A stretch of DNA of 64,000 nucleotides from an uncultured Gammaproteobacteria bacterium. GTDB lineage: Bacteria; Patescibacteriota; Microgenomatia; UBA8517. This document shows positions 8,839-17,595 of the stretch, in pieces. How positions within the stretch are numbered: the first letter of the stretch is position 1; each line of letters starts with the position of its first letter. The notes beneath the pieces were generated by a model. That model made no database searches. It was not told where the DNA came from and worked only from the letters and a program-made list of their open reading frames with translations. The stretch lies in the NCBI GenBank assembly GCA_964583685.1, contig CAZOVJ010000002.1, positions 277,862 to 341,861 on the forward strand, written 5' to 3'. A program made the position numbers and the translations under genes.

Positions 8839-9910
8839 ACTAGAAGATTTACAAGTTGGAGATAAAAGGATTCTTTTAAGGGCAGATTTGGATATAAATA
8901 TAAATCTCAAATCTCAAATCTCAAATCTCTCCCGCAGAACGAGATCCCGCTTTGCGGGAAAAAATATAGATCTTAGATTGAAGGCCCTCATTCCTACGCT
9001 GAAATATTTGATGGCAAAGGGAGCCAGAATAGTTCTTATTGGTCACCGAGGCAGGCCTGCCCGCCTGGGCGGGCCGAAGGGGAAGATTGATAAAAGATTT
9101 TCTTTAGAGCCGCTTGCCAAAGAGCTGCAATTTATTTTGCAAAAAGAGGTTAAGCTTAGCCAAAAAATGGAGGCAGCTGGGCCTGGTGCTGGTGAAGTTC
9201 TGGTTTTTGAAAATCTTCGTTTTGATTCAGGTGAAGAAAAGAACGATGAGGCTTTTGCCAAAAAACTCTTTAGCTTAGGAGATTTTTATGTTAATGAGGC
9301 TTTTGCCGCTTCTCATCGCAAACATGCCTCGATTGTGGCCTTGCCTTTGATGTTTAAGTCCAGGTCCGAAAAGTCTCTGGCTGCCGGCCCCCATTTTATG
9401 GCTGAGGTGGAAAATTTAAGTAGGGTTTTTAGCAAACCTAAAAGGCCAGTGGTCCTGATACTGGGTGGTTTTAAGGGTGATAAACTATCTTATTCTAGAG
9501 AGTTTCAAAAAATTGCTGATAAAATTCTACTGGCAGGGCGCTTACCTGACTATCTCGAAGGAGTAGATGGAGAAAAAACAATCAAGGCCAGTTTATTACC
9601 AGATAAGGAGGATCTAACAACTCGTTCAATTGAGGAGTTTGAGAAGGAGATTGGTAAGGCAAGGACTATTGTTGTCAGCGGGCCGATGGGAAAATTTGAA
9701 GATAAGGAGCATAGGAAAGGAACAGAGAGGATTCTGGGGGCAGTAGCCAGCTCTTCAGCCTACAAAATAGCGGGGGGAGGGGATACAGAAAAGGCAATTG
9801 CCATGTTTGGCCTTGAAAATAAATTCGACTGGATTTCAGTGGGCGGCGGGGCCATGCTTGAATTTCTGGCTAAAGGAACTTTACCGGGAATAGAAGCGCT
9901 ACGAGCTTGA
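8825..9910 (+). CDS. pgk: phosphoglycerate kinase (with an N-terminal insertion)
   Basis: RADLD...IPTLKYL...VLIGHRGRP N-terminal PGK motifs and conserved C-terminal hinge/Gly-rich regions. An extra ~13-aa insert (NLKSQISNLSRRTRSRFAGKN) holds a heptanucleotide tandem repeat. Confidence 0.8.
   Translation: MKLPKLEDLQVGDKRILLRADLDININLKSQISNLSRRTRSRFAGKNIDLRLKALIPTLKYLMAKGARIVLIGHRGRPARLGGPKGKIDKRFSLEPLAKELQFILQKEVKLSQKMEAAGPGAGEVLVFENLRFDSGEEKNDEAFAKKLFSLGDFYVNEAFAASHRKHASIVALPLMFKSRSEKSLAAGPHFMAEVENLSRVFSKPKRPVVLILGGFKGDKLSYSREFQKIADKILLAGRLPDYLEGVDGEKTIKASLLPDKEDLTTRSIEEFEKEIGKARTIVVSGPMGKFEDKEHRKGTERILGAVASSSAYKIAGGGDTEKAIAMFGLENKFDWISVGGGAMLEFLAKGTLPGIEALRA
8902..8929. repeat. (AAATCTC)x4 perfect heptanucleotide tandem repeat inside the pgk coding region
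   Basis: Read directly from the sequence: aaatctc x4 at 8902-8929. The unit length is not a multiple of 3. Confidence 0.9.
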
Positions 9911-10288
9911 TTGGAGTTCTGGCAAGGAATTTAATATTTGAGTTTTGCCGAAGAATTTTAATCTTAGTAATTTTTTGTCGTTTGTTAAGAGAAACCTACA
10001 GTCTGCCTCGGCAGCTGAATGGAGTTGAATATTGTCTTCCAAATCTTTTGTTGGTCCAAACAAGGATTTCTCAAGGATTTCTCTTGTGAAGCCAACTATT
10101 TCAAAATTTTTGTGTACTTTTTCAAATTTTTTGCTTGGAACTTTAATTTTATATGTATAAAAAAGTATGTGATACGAAAGAGAGGAAACAAAGACATAGT
10201 TTAGATTCAATGGCTCTACAATTTTTAGAGGCGCTTTTCTTCCTAGGATATCTATAAAATAATTGGTGTCAAGGAATACTTTGGCCAT
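9899..10288 (-). CDS. vapC: PIN-domain ribonuclease toxin VapC
   Basis: MAKVFLDTNYFIDIL has the conserved PIN Asp. 129 aa. It overlaps the upstream small gene by 20 nt (typical TA coupling). Confidence 0.7.
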   Translation of the reverse strand: MAKVFLDTNYFIDILGRKAPLKIVEPLNLNYVFVSSLSYHILFYTYKIKVPSKKFEKVHKNFEIVGFTREILEKSLFGPTKDLEDNIQLHSAAEADCRFLLTNDKKLLRLKFFGKTQILNSLPELQSSS

Positions 10289-10532
10289 ATTTTCTCACCA
10301 GGTGTTCTCTATACTTTCTTTCTCGTTCTTTAGGGCTGAGTTTGGGTAAATCGAGGGCTTTAGTAGCCTTTTTAAACTCTCCTACTTTGAATGGGGGTAG
10401 TTCTTCTTTCAGGGGTTCGATTTTAGCGATAATTCTAGATCTATGTACAAGACTAACAACCCCGTTACTTTTCAGAGTTTTTACTAGTTGCTTTGTTTTT
10501 GTCCTTAATCCAGTTGTAGTTATCAATTGCAT
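10269..10532 (-). CDS. vapB: VapB-type antitoxin (small DNA-binding protein)
   Basis: 87 aa, basic, and sits immediately upstream of and overlapping the PIN gene. Family assignment (Phd/YefM vs AbrB-like) is not resolved. Confidence 0.45.
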   Translation of the reverse strand: MQLITTTGLRTKTKQLVKTLKSNGVVSLVHRSRIIAKIEPLKEELPPFKVGEFKKATKALDLPKLSPKERERKYREHLVRKYGQSIP

Positions 10533-10538
10533 ACTTCA

Positions 10539-10576
10539 ATTATATATTTAAATATACACTTGTCAACACTTGTCAA
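10539..10576 (-). promoter_or_regulatory. near-consensus sigma70-type promoter for vapBC overlapping a tandem 10-bp direct repeat (candidate autoregulatory operator)
   Basis: On the minus strand the sequence reads TTGACAagtgTTGACAagtg-(16 nt spacer)-TATAAT. The -35 is the rc of 10561-10566 and the -10 is the rc of 10539-10544. The implied TSS is at or within a few nt of the vapB ATG, so the mRNA would be leaderless. The tandem repeat CACTTGTCAA x2 lies at 10557-10576. Confidence 0.5.
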
Positions 10577-10607
10577 GTGGTATCCTCTCTTGTATTGTTA
10601 TATTTAT

Positions 10608-11705
10608 ATGGTCAAGGTTGGGATTAATGGTTTTGGTCGGATTGGTAGAATTGCCTTCAGGATTGGGCTTCATAAGTATCCAAATAAGATTGAGTTTATG
10701 GCCATTAATACCTCTGGCTCGATGAATGTCTCTGGCTGGGCCCATTTGGTTAATTACGACACCATGTATCGGAAGTTCAAGTATGAGGTACAAAGTGAGG
10801 AATATAAGGACCCCAATGATGTGACTGACAAGGGCCCCTTGATTGGTTATTTAAAAGTTCAGGCTAAGAAGATTCCGGTTTTGGCCCAGAGAGACCCGGC
10901 CAAGATTCCTTGGCTAAAATATGGAGTTGATGTGGTCATTGAATCGACTGGAAAATTTATTACCGAGCTAGATGCTAAGAAACATGCCCAAGCGGGGGCA
11001 AAAAGGGTGGTTATCTCTGCGCCCTCAAGGGGAGGTAATGTCGGCACCTATGTTTTGGGAGTCAATGAATATAAGGGAGAGGCAGAAGTGCTTTCCAATG
11101 CTTCTTGTACCACCAACTGTGTTGCTCCGGTAATGGCCGTTCTTCAGGCAGAATTTGGCATAGAAAAAGCAGCCATGACTACCATTCATGGCTATACAGC
11201 CGACCAAAGACTGCAGGATAATTCCCACAAAGACCTGCGACGGGCAAGGGCAGCGGCCGAGAATATTGTTCCCACAACAACCGGGGCGGCCCAGGCCACA
11301 GTAGAGACAATCCCAGAGCTTAAGGGTTTTTTTGATGGCCGGGCTTTGAGGGTGCCAGTGGCTACAGGCTCGATAACAGATTTTGCTGTTGTTCTTAAAA
11401 GAAATGCAAGTGTTGAAGAGGTAAACCAGGCCTTTATCAGGGCTTCAGAAAACGCAATCTATAAAGGTATTTTGGCGGTAACTGATAAACCTTTGGTTTC
11501 TTCAGATATCATCGGCACCAGTGAGTCGGCCATTGTTGACCTTTCTCTTACCCAGGTGGTGGGAGGGAACCTGGTCAAAATTTTTGCTTGGTATGATAAT
11601 GAATGGGGCTACGCCGAGAGACTTATCGAGCAGGTAATCAGAGTAGGCAGAACCATCGAAAGCAATCAGGCACCAACCGACCCGATAAGCTTAAGTTTTA
11701 GATGA
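10608..11705 (+). CDS. gap: glyceraldehyde-3-phosphate dehydrogenase
   Basis: MVKVGINGFGRIGR and the ASCTTNCVAP catalytic Cys motif. The ORF-track start at 10527 is an in-frame N-terminal over-extension; the true ATG is at 10608. Confidence 0.9.
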   Translation: MVKVGINGFGRIGRIAFRIGLHKYPNKIEFMAINTSGSMNVSGWAHLVNYDTMYRKFKYEVQSEEYKDPNDVTDKGPLIGYLKVQAKKIPVLAQRDPAKIPWLKYGVDVVIESTGKFITELDAKKHAQAGAKRVVISAPSRGGNVGTYVLGVNEYKGEAEVLSNASCTTNCVAPVMAVLQAEFGIEKAAMTTIHGYTADQRLQDNSHKDLRRARAAAENIVPTTTGAAQATVETIPELKGFFDGRALRVPVATGSITDFAVVLKRNASVEEVNQAFIRASENAIYKGILAVTDKPLVSSDIIGTSESAIVDLSLTQVVGGNLVKIFAWYDNEWGYAERLIEQVIRVGRTIESNQAPTDPISLSFR

Positions 11706-12349
11706 TAGAGATAATTCCCGTAATCCTTTCCGATAGTTTGAATGAGGTACAAAGTTTGATGGCCCAAGCTGAAGGACTGGTTGAGAGACTGCAAATAGAT
11801 ATTGTTGATGGTCAATTTAGTCAGAAGCGGACCATTAGTCCAGATGCTCTGGGAAGGATAGAGACAGATTTAAAACTAGATTTTCATTTAATGACCAAAG
11901 AGCCGATAAATTGGGTTGAGAGCAGCCTGCGCGGTGGAGCAGAGAGAATTTTCGGTCAGATAGAGAAGATGAAGAGCCAGACTGATTTTGTTGGCAAACT
12001 ACAAGAAATTGGTCTTTCTATTGGTTTGGCCTTGGATATTAGCACACCGGTTTCAGATATTGACTCAGTTATTCTCAATGATCTAGACGCAGTTCTTGTC
12101 CTGGCAGTTCCGGCCGGTTTGGGAGGACAGAAATTTGAAAATAAAGCCCTTGATAAAATAAAAGAATTGGATGAAATACGAGTACGGGATAATACTCCTT
12201 TTCGGATTTGTGTTGATGGTGGAATTACCGAAGAGTTAATGAGCGAGGTGGCTAAAGCAGGAGTAGACGAAGTGGCCATTGGTAGAAGATTGTTTAGCGG
12301 CGATTTAGAAGAAAATCTGAAGAGATTTAGGAAGGCCGCTTATGTCTAA
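11702..12349 (+). CDS. rpe: ribulose-phosphate 3-epimerase family protein
   Basis: IDIVDGQF, HLMT, VDGGI and a C-terminal GxxxxG TIM-barrel pattern, collinear with Rpe. Divergent at the N-terminal substrate motif. Confidence 0.6.
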   Translation: MIEIIPVILSDSLNEVQSLMAQAEGLVERLQIDIVDGQFSQKRTISPDALGRIETDLKLDFHLMTKEPINWVESSLRGGAERIFGQIEKMKSQTDFVGKLQEIGLSIGLALDISTPVSDIDSVILNDLDAVLVLAVPAGLGGQKFENKALDKIKELDEIRVRDNTPFRICVDGGITEELMSEVAKAGVDEVAIGRRLFSGDLEENLKRFRKAAYV

Positions 12350-12944
12350 GATAAAAAAAATATCTTATTTTGGCTTTGCCGATGCGGACAAAGATGACCC
12401 TTTATATAAAGAAGCATTTGAGTGTGCAAAATTCTTGGCGAGCAAGGGATATGTAACTATAAATGGTGGAGGCCCGGGAACAATGAGGGCCGTTTCTGAA
12501 GGGGCCAAGGCTGCCGGAGGCAAGACCATTGGAGTCACCTTTTATCCTAAAGATATAACCAATTTTGAAGGTAGAGATATTAAAAATCCGATTGATGAAG
12601 AAGTTAGGACTGCTAATTATTTGGAAAGAACCCTAAAGCTTTTGGATTTGGGAGATGCATATTTAATTTTTAAAGGCGGAACTGGAACAATATCCGAATT
12701 TGCTATGGCTTGGGGTTTGGCAAGGCTTTATTTTGGCCAACACAAGCCCTTGATTTTATATGGTCAGTTTTGGAATAAAATTATCAAAGCTTTTGTCGGA
12801 AATATGAGGATTAGAAAAGAAGACCTGAAGGTTTTTAAGGTTGTTGATACACCCCAAGAGGCTTATAAGGCAATTCAAATTTTTGAAGACGCCTTGAAAA
12901 AACAAGAGTGGGTTCACCCAGAAGAACAGGCATTTCAATTGTAA
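12342..12944 (+). CDS. LOG-family protein (cytokinin riboside 5'-monophosphate phosphoribohydrolase-like)
   Basis: GGGPGTM and KGGTGTISEF motifs characteristic of the LOG/TIGR00730 family. Confidence 0.7.
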   Translation: MSKIKKISYFGFADADKDDPLYKEAFECAKFLASKGYVTINGGGPGTMRAVSEGAKAAGGKTIGVTFYPKDITNFEGRDIKNPIDEEVRTANYLERTLKLLDLGDAYLIFKGGTGTISEFAMAWGLARLYFGQHKPLILYGQFWNKIIKAFVGNMRIRKEDLKVFKVVDTPQEAYKAIQIFEDALKKQEWVHPEEQAFQL

Positions 12945-12956
12945 AGCGAAAGCAAG

Positions 12957-13808
12957 ATGGAAAAGTTTAGTCCAGAGAAACTAGAGAAGAAAGCAAGGAC
13001 AATTCGTAAGGATGTTATAAAAATGCTGAGCATCGCCGGTTCTGGCCATTCAGCCGGGTCTCTGGGAATGGTTGATGTCTTAACCGCTCTTTATTTCCAA
13101 ATTATGAACAATGACCCTCAGAATCCTGATTGGCAGGAAAGAGACCGCCTTTTTCTTTCTCATGGGCACATTTGTCCTGCTCTTTATGCAACAATGGCTC
13201 ACGCAGGCTATTTTCCCTTGACTGAACTTAAGACCCTGAGAAAACTAGAAAGCAGGCTGCAAGGACATCCGGAGAGAGCCAGGCTTCCGGGAATAGAGAC
13301 CAGCTCTGGACCTCTTGGTTGTGGTTTGGCCCAGGCAGCCGGTTATGCCTATGTGGCGAGAATGGATAAAAAGCGCTTTCGCGTTTTTTGTCTCACCTCG
13401 GATGGCGAGCATGATAGCGGAAATCACTGGGAAGCAGTTCTCTTTAGCGCCAAAAACAGACTGGCAAACCTGACTGTTTTTGTTGATAGGAACAAGATTC
13501 AAGTTGATGGTTACACAGAAGAAGTTTTACCCCTCGAATCACTGGAAGAAAAGTATAAGGCATTTAACTGGAATGTTCTTAATATTGATGGTCACAAGAT
13601 GGAAGAGATTATTACCGCAGTTGAGCAGGCGAGAGCGGACTATGAGGAGCCAAGCGTGATTATTGCCCGAACAATTCCTGGTAAAGGGGTTTCTTTTATG
13701 GAGGATTCTCCGGAATGGCATGGTAGGGCGCCGACAAAAAAGGAGGCAAAAAAAGCCCTAGCAGAATTGAGAGCTCTGAGAAGGAACAATAAAAATGCTA
13801 AATCCTAA
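12957..13808 (+). CDS. transketolase, N-terminal (TPP-binding) subunit of a split enzyme
   Basis: GSGHSAGSLGMVDVL, HGHICPALYA and the GDG motif TSDGE. It overlaps the C-terminal subunit gene by 14 nt. Confidence 0.85.
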   Translation: MEKFSPEKLEKKARTIRKDVIKMLSIAGSGHSAGSLGMVDVLTALYFQIMNNDPQNPDWQERDRLFLSHGHICPALYATMAHAGYFPLTELKTLRKLESRLQGHPERARLPGIETSSGPLGCGLAQAAGYAYVARMDKKRFRVFCLTSDGEHDSGNHWEAVLFSAKNRLANLTVFVDRNKIQVDGYTEEVLPLESLEEKYKAFNWNVLNIDGHKMEEIITAVEQARADYEEPSVIIARTIPGKGVSFMEDSPEWHGRAPTKKEAKKALAELRALRRNNKNAKS

Positions 13809-14790
13809 AAATAAATTAAGCAAAAAGTTATTTAAAAAAGATATTGAAATGGTTCCCGGCAGAGATGGTTATGGGGAGGGGCTGGTACTAGCAGGAGAGA
13901 AAGATGAAAGGGTGGTTGTTTTGTGTGCAGATTTAAGCGAGTCAACAAGAAGTGCAGCTTTTGCCGAAAAGTTTCCAGACAGATTTATTGAGGTGGGAGT
14001 GGCTGAGCAGGCTTTGGTAACCATTGCCGCCGGTATGGCCAATTACGGCAAGATTCCCTTTGTCTCTTCATTCGCCGTCTTTTCTCCGGGAAGAAATTGG
14101 GAACAAATTAGAACAACAGTGGCCTTAAATGATCTGCCAGTAAAAATTGCTGGTTCCCATGCAGGAATTTCGGTTGGTCCTGATGGGGCCACCCATCAAA
14201 TGCTCGAGGACCTGGCCATAATGCGGGTCATGCCCAATATGACGGTGATTGCACCTTGCGATGCAATTGAGACTAAAAAAGCTGTTCTTGAGGCTGTCAA
14301 AATAGAGAAACCGGTTTACATCCGTTTTAGCAGAGAGGCGTCTGCTTTTTTTACAAGCGAGGATTCTCCTTTTAAAATTGGTAGGGCAGAGAACTTTTGG
14401 CAAGCAAAGGATCCTTTAGTTTCCATAATTGCCTGTGGCCCACTAGTTTATCAGGCTCTGCTTGCTAGCCGTGAGCTTAATAAGAGCAAAATAAACTCAC
14501 TTGTTATCAATTGCCACACAATTAAACCAATTGACGAGCTAGCGATTATTCGGGCTGCTAAGCTGACAGGGGCAGTTGTTACAGTTGAGGAGCATCAGAT
14601 AGCCGGGGGCTTAGGTGGAGCGGTCGCCGAAGTTTTAGCCAGGAATTTTCCCGTTCCAATCGAGCCTGTAGGTATGGCCGATTCTTTCGGCGAATCCGGT
14701 AAAGCAAAGGAGCTTTTGAAAAAGAACCAAATGACGGCAAACGATATTGTTGTTGCTGCCAAGAGGGTTATCAGAAGGAAAACCTCATAG
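13795..14790 (+). CDS. transketolase, C-terminal (pyrimidine-binding/C-terminal domain) subunit
   Basis: GVAEQALVTIAAGMA, GSHAGISVGPDGATHQ and a C-terminal domain; 331 aa. Confidence 0.85.
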   Translation: MLNPKNKLSKKLFKKDIEMVPGRDGYGEGLVLAGEKDERVVVLCADLSESTRSAAFAEKFPDRFIEVGVAEQALVTIAAGMANYGKIPFVSSFAVFSPGRNWEQIRTTVALNDLPVKIAGSHAGISVGPDGATHQMLEDLAIMRVMPNMTVIAPCDAIETKKAVLEAVKIEKPVYIRFSREASAFFTSEDSPFKIGRAENFWQAKDPLVSIIACGPLVYQALLASRELNKSKINSLVINCHTIKPIDELAIIRAAKLTGAVVTVEEHQIAGGLGGAVAEVLARNFPVPIEPVGMADSFGESGKAKELLKKNQMTANDIVVAAKRVIRRKTS

Positions 14791-14822
14791 TTGTCCTTTT
14801 AAAAAGGAAGTGCTAGATTGAA

Positions 14823-15590
14823 TTGATTATGAGAAAGATAGATTTGGCTAAGTTTTTAAGGCATGAAAAGGCGATATTCCTCGCTTACGACCATGGTTTT
14901 GAACACGGCCCAACTGATTTTGATGAAAGGAGCATAGACCCCAATTTCATCTTAGATATTGCCCGCAAGAGCAATGTCTATACAGCCATTATCTTTCAGG
15001 AAGGAGTTGCTCAGGCCTATTATAATCCCAAAAAAGAAAAAGTACCCCTTTTGCTTAAGTTGAACGGCAAAACGCTTTTCCGCAAAGGAGAAGAGCCTTA
15101 TAGCCCGCTTTTGTGTACGGTTAAGGAAGCAGTCAGATTGGGTGCAAGGGCAGTTGGTTACACAATTTATGTGGGCAGTGAATATGAGGCAAAGATGATG
15201 CAAGAATTCAGCCAGATTGAAGATGAAGCCCATGCTCAAGGATTGGTAGTTACGGCCTGGATGTATCCCCGGGGCAAAAAAGTAGAAGGTAAAGAGCACA
15301 CAAGAGATGTCTTAGCCTATGCAGCCAGGCTGGGTTTAGAGTTGGGCGCGGATTTTATCAAAATTCCCTATACCGGCGACCCCAAAAGTTTTAGCTGGGT
15401 TGTCAAAAGTGCTGGTACAACCAAGGTTTTGGTTTCCGGTGGAATGAAGAGAGATAGAGACAAGTTTTTGCAAGATGTAAGAGATTTTATGACTGTGGGA
15501 ACAACTGGAATTGCCGTTGGTCGTAATGTTTGGCAGAGAGGTAACCCTTTGGAAATTTCCAAAAAACTGGGAAAGATTATATATGGTTAA
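14823..15590 (+). CDS. class I fructose-bisphosphate aldolase, archaeal/DhnA type
   Basis: 255 aa TIM barrel, with the Schiff-base lysine context ADFIKIPYTG; length and motifs resemble archaeal-type FBA. Confidence 0.65.
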   Translation: MIMRKIDLAKFLRHEKAIFLAYDHGFEHGPTDFDERSIDPNFILDIARKSNVYTAIIFQEGVAQAYYNPKKEKVPLLLKLNGKTLFRKGEEPYSPLLCTVKEAVRLGARAVGYTIYVGSEYEAKMMQEFSQIEDEAHAQGLVVTAWMYPRGKKVEGKEHTRDVLAYAARLGLELGADFIKIPYTGDPKSFSWVVKSAGTTKVLVSGGMKRDRDKFLQDVRDFMTVGTTGIAVGRNVWQRGNPLEISKKLGKIIYG

Positions 15591-16575
15591 TTTCGACCTA
15601 CTTTCTATTGGTGATGCTACAGTTGATGTTTTTATTACGCCAAGCGAATCTGAGAGTTTGTGTAATCTTGATGACAAGGAGTGCTTTATTTGTTTTTCTT
15701 ATGGAGACAAAATTCCCGTTAAAAACCTGCAGTTTTCCATTGGCGGTAATGCAGCCAACAATGCCGTTGGTTCATCAAGGCTGGGAATTAGGGCGGCCTT
15801 GGTTTTGACTCTGGGAGACGACAAGATTGCTTCTCAAATTCTGGAAACTCTTAATGGCGAAAAGGTTGATACGAGTTATGTTTCTCAGCAAAAGGCAACA
15901 AACTCAAATTATTCAGTCATTGTCAACTATTCCGGTGAAAGGACAATTTTTTCCTACCACGCCCCAAAAAGCTATGAATTTCCTGTACAGTTACCGCTTA
16001 CTCCCTGGGTTTATCTGACCTCAATGGGCGAGTCTTTTAGACCTTTTTATAATCACTTAGTTGAATGGTTGAAAAGGAATTCTAATATTAGACTTGCCTT
16101 TAATCCTGGCAGTCGTCAATTAAGGGCAGGGCGAGAGATGATAGCTGATGTAATCTCATTAAGCGATGTTCTTTTTGTTAATAGGAAGGAGGCAGAAAAA
16201 CTAAGCCAAAGCAAAGATTCTCAAAATAAAGAAAAAGAGCTTCTTCTAGCTCTGGCTAAGTTGGGAGTGAAAATGCCCATCATTACTGACGGAGCGAATG
16301 GCTCTTTTGCTTATGATGGTCAAAGATTTTTTAAGGCAGGTGTTTTGCCAGTTGACGCTTATGAGCGCACTGGGGCAGGGGATGCTTTTGGCACCGGTTG
16401 CCTAAGTGCTTTGATAAAGGCTAAGAGTCTACAAGAGGCTATGGTTTGGGGCAGCTTAAATTCAGCCTCAGTTATCGGCTATGTTGGCTCGCAAAAAGGT
16501 CTTCTGACCCTCGAACAAATGCCCCAGTGGCTGGAAAGATTCAAAAGCAGTGGTGGGAAAGTTGAAGAGTTTTGA
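15583..16575 (+). CDS. PfkB-family carbohydrate kinase
   Basis: GGNAANNAVG near the N-terminus and GAGDAFGTGCL near the C-terminus are PfkB signatures. Start taken at M25 of the listed ORF (ATG 15583), overlapping the aldolase stop. Confidence 0.65.
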   Translation: MVNFDLLSIGDATVDVFITPSESESLCNLDDKECFICFSYGDKIPVKNLQFSIGGNAANNAVGSSRLGIRAALVLTLGDDKIASQILETLNGEKVDTSYVSQQKATNSNYSVIVNYSGERTIFSYHAPKSYEFPVQLPLTPWVYLTSMGESFRPFYNHLVEWLKRNSNIRLAFNPGSRQLRAGREMIADVISLSDVLFVNRKEAEKLSQSKDSQNKEKELLLALAKLGVKMPIITDGANGSFAYDGQRFFKAGVLPVDAYERTGAGDAFGTGCLSALIKAKSLQEAMVWGSLNSASVIGYVGSQKGLLTLEQMPQWLERFKSSGGKVEEF

Positions 16576-16591
16576 ATGCTAGAATATTGAC

Positions 16592-17572
16592 ATGAAAGTT
16601 TTTGTAACTCGAGAAATCCCCGGCAAGGCTTTAGAGAAACTAAAGAGACTAGATGTCAAGGTATCTGAATTTGACAGGCCGTTGGCAGAAAAAGAGTTAG
16701 TGGAGGGTGTTAGGGGAGTAGATGGGCTGATTACTCTTTTAACGGACAGAATTGATGAGGATTTAATGGATGCAGCCGGACCGCAGCTAAAGATAATTTC
16801 AAATTATGCTGTAGGTTTTGACAACATAGATACCCAGGCGGCCACAGACCGGGGAATAGTTGTAACCAACACCCCTTCTGAGGAGGTAGATGAGGCGGTG
16901 GCTGAACATACTTGGGCTTTAATTTTATCTTTAATTAGGAGGATTGTTGAGGCAGATGAAGCAACTCGCAGGGGTGCTTTTCGAGGCTGGGAGCCGGATA
17001 TATTTTTGGGAAGAAGAATAAAAAATAAGACCCTGGGGATTGTCGGACTGGGAAGAATTGGTTCAAAAGTTGCCTGGAGAGCCAAGAGTCTTGGGGTAAA
17101 AACCCTTTATTATCAAAGGCATAGGGATAAGAAGGCAGAAAAAGAACTCCAAATAAGCTTTGCTGATTTAGATAACTTGCTTGCTGCCTCTGATGTGGTT
17201 ACCCTCCATGTTCCTTTAACAGAAGAGACAAGACATATGATTAATAAAGATAGTTTAGCCAAAATGAAAAAAGGGGCTTATTTGATAAACACGGCCAGGG
17301 GTTCAATCGTTGACGAACAGGATTTAGCCGAAGCATTAAGATCTGGACAATTATCTGGTGCTGCCCTGGATGTTTTTGATAATGAACCAAACATTAATCC
17401 AGAACTGATTGGTATGGAAAATATTATCTTGACTCCCCATATTGCCTCAGCAACCTGGGAAGCCAGGGAAAAAATGGGGGAGCAGGCAGTCCAGGCAATT
17501 TTAGACCTTTTAAAGGACAAAAAACCTGAAAATTTAGTTAATCAAAAAGTGTGGAGTCATCGGCGCAAATAG
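16592..17572 (+). CDS. D-isomer-specific 2-hydroxyacid dehydrogenase (glycerate/hydroxypyruvate reductase-like)
   Basis: GIVGLGRIGSKVA Rossmann motif; NTARG...DE and the catalytic His region HIASAT. Confidence 0.75.
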   Translation: MKVFVTREIPGKALEKLKRLDVKVSEFDRPLAEKELVEGVRGVDGLITLLTDRIDEDLMDAAGPQLKIISNYAVGFDNIDTQAATDRGIVVTNTPSEEVDEAVAEHTWALILSLIRRIVEADEATRRGAFRGWEPDIFLGRRIKNKTLGIVGLGRIGSKVAWRAKSLGVKTLYYQRHRDKKAEKELQISFADLDNLLAASDVVTLHVPLTEETRHMINKDSLAKMKKGAYLINTARGSIVDEQDLAEALRSGQLSGAALDVFDNEPNINPELIGMENIILTPHIASATWEAREKMGEQAVQAILDLLKDKKPENLVNQKVWSHRRK

Positions 17573-17595
17573 GTAATTTCGGGTAATAAAACTAC

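Noticed and set aside
8902-8929. CRISPR array, with the AAATCTC x4 and TGGAAA x4 repeats as candidates.
   Set aside because: The units are 6-7 nt with no spacers, far too short. No 24-48-nt repeat-spacer periodicity or cas genes were seen anywhere in the window.
10527-10607. N-terminal extensions of listed ORFs (gap from 10527, PfkB kinase from 15511, trpS from 33037, pduO from 27203, nnrD from 40089, recF from 38721).
   Set aside because: The conserved protein N-termini begin at internal Met codons. The extensions overlap upstream genes or a tRNA and lack homology.
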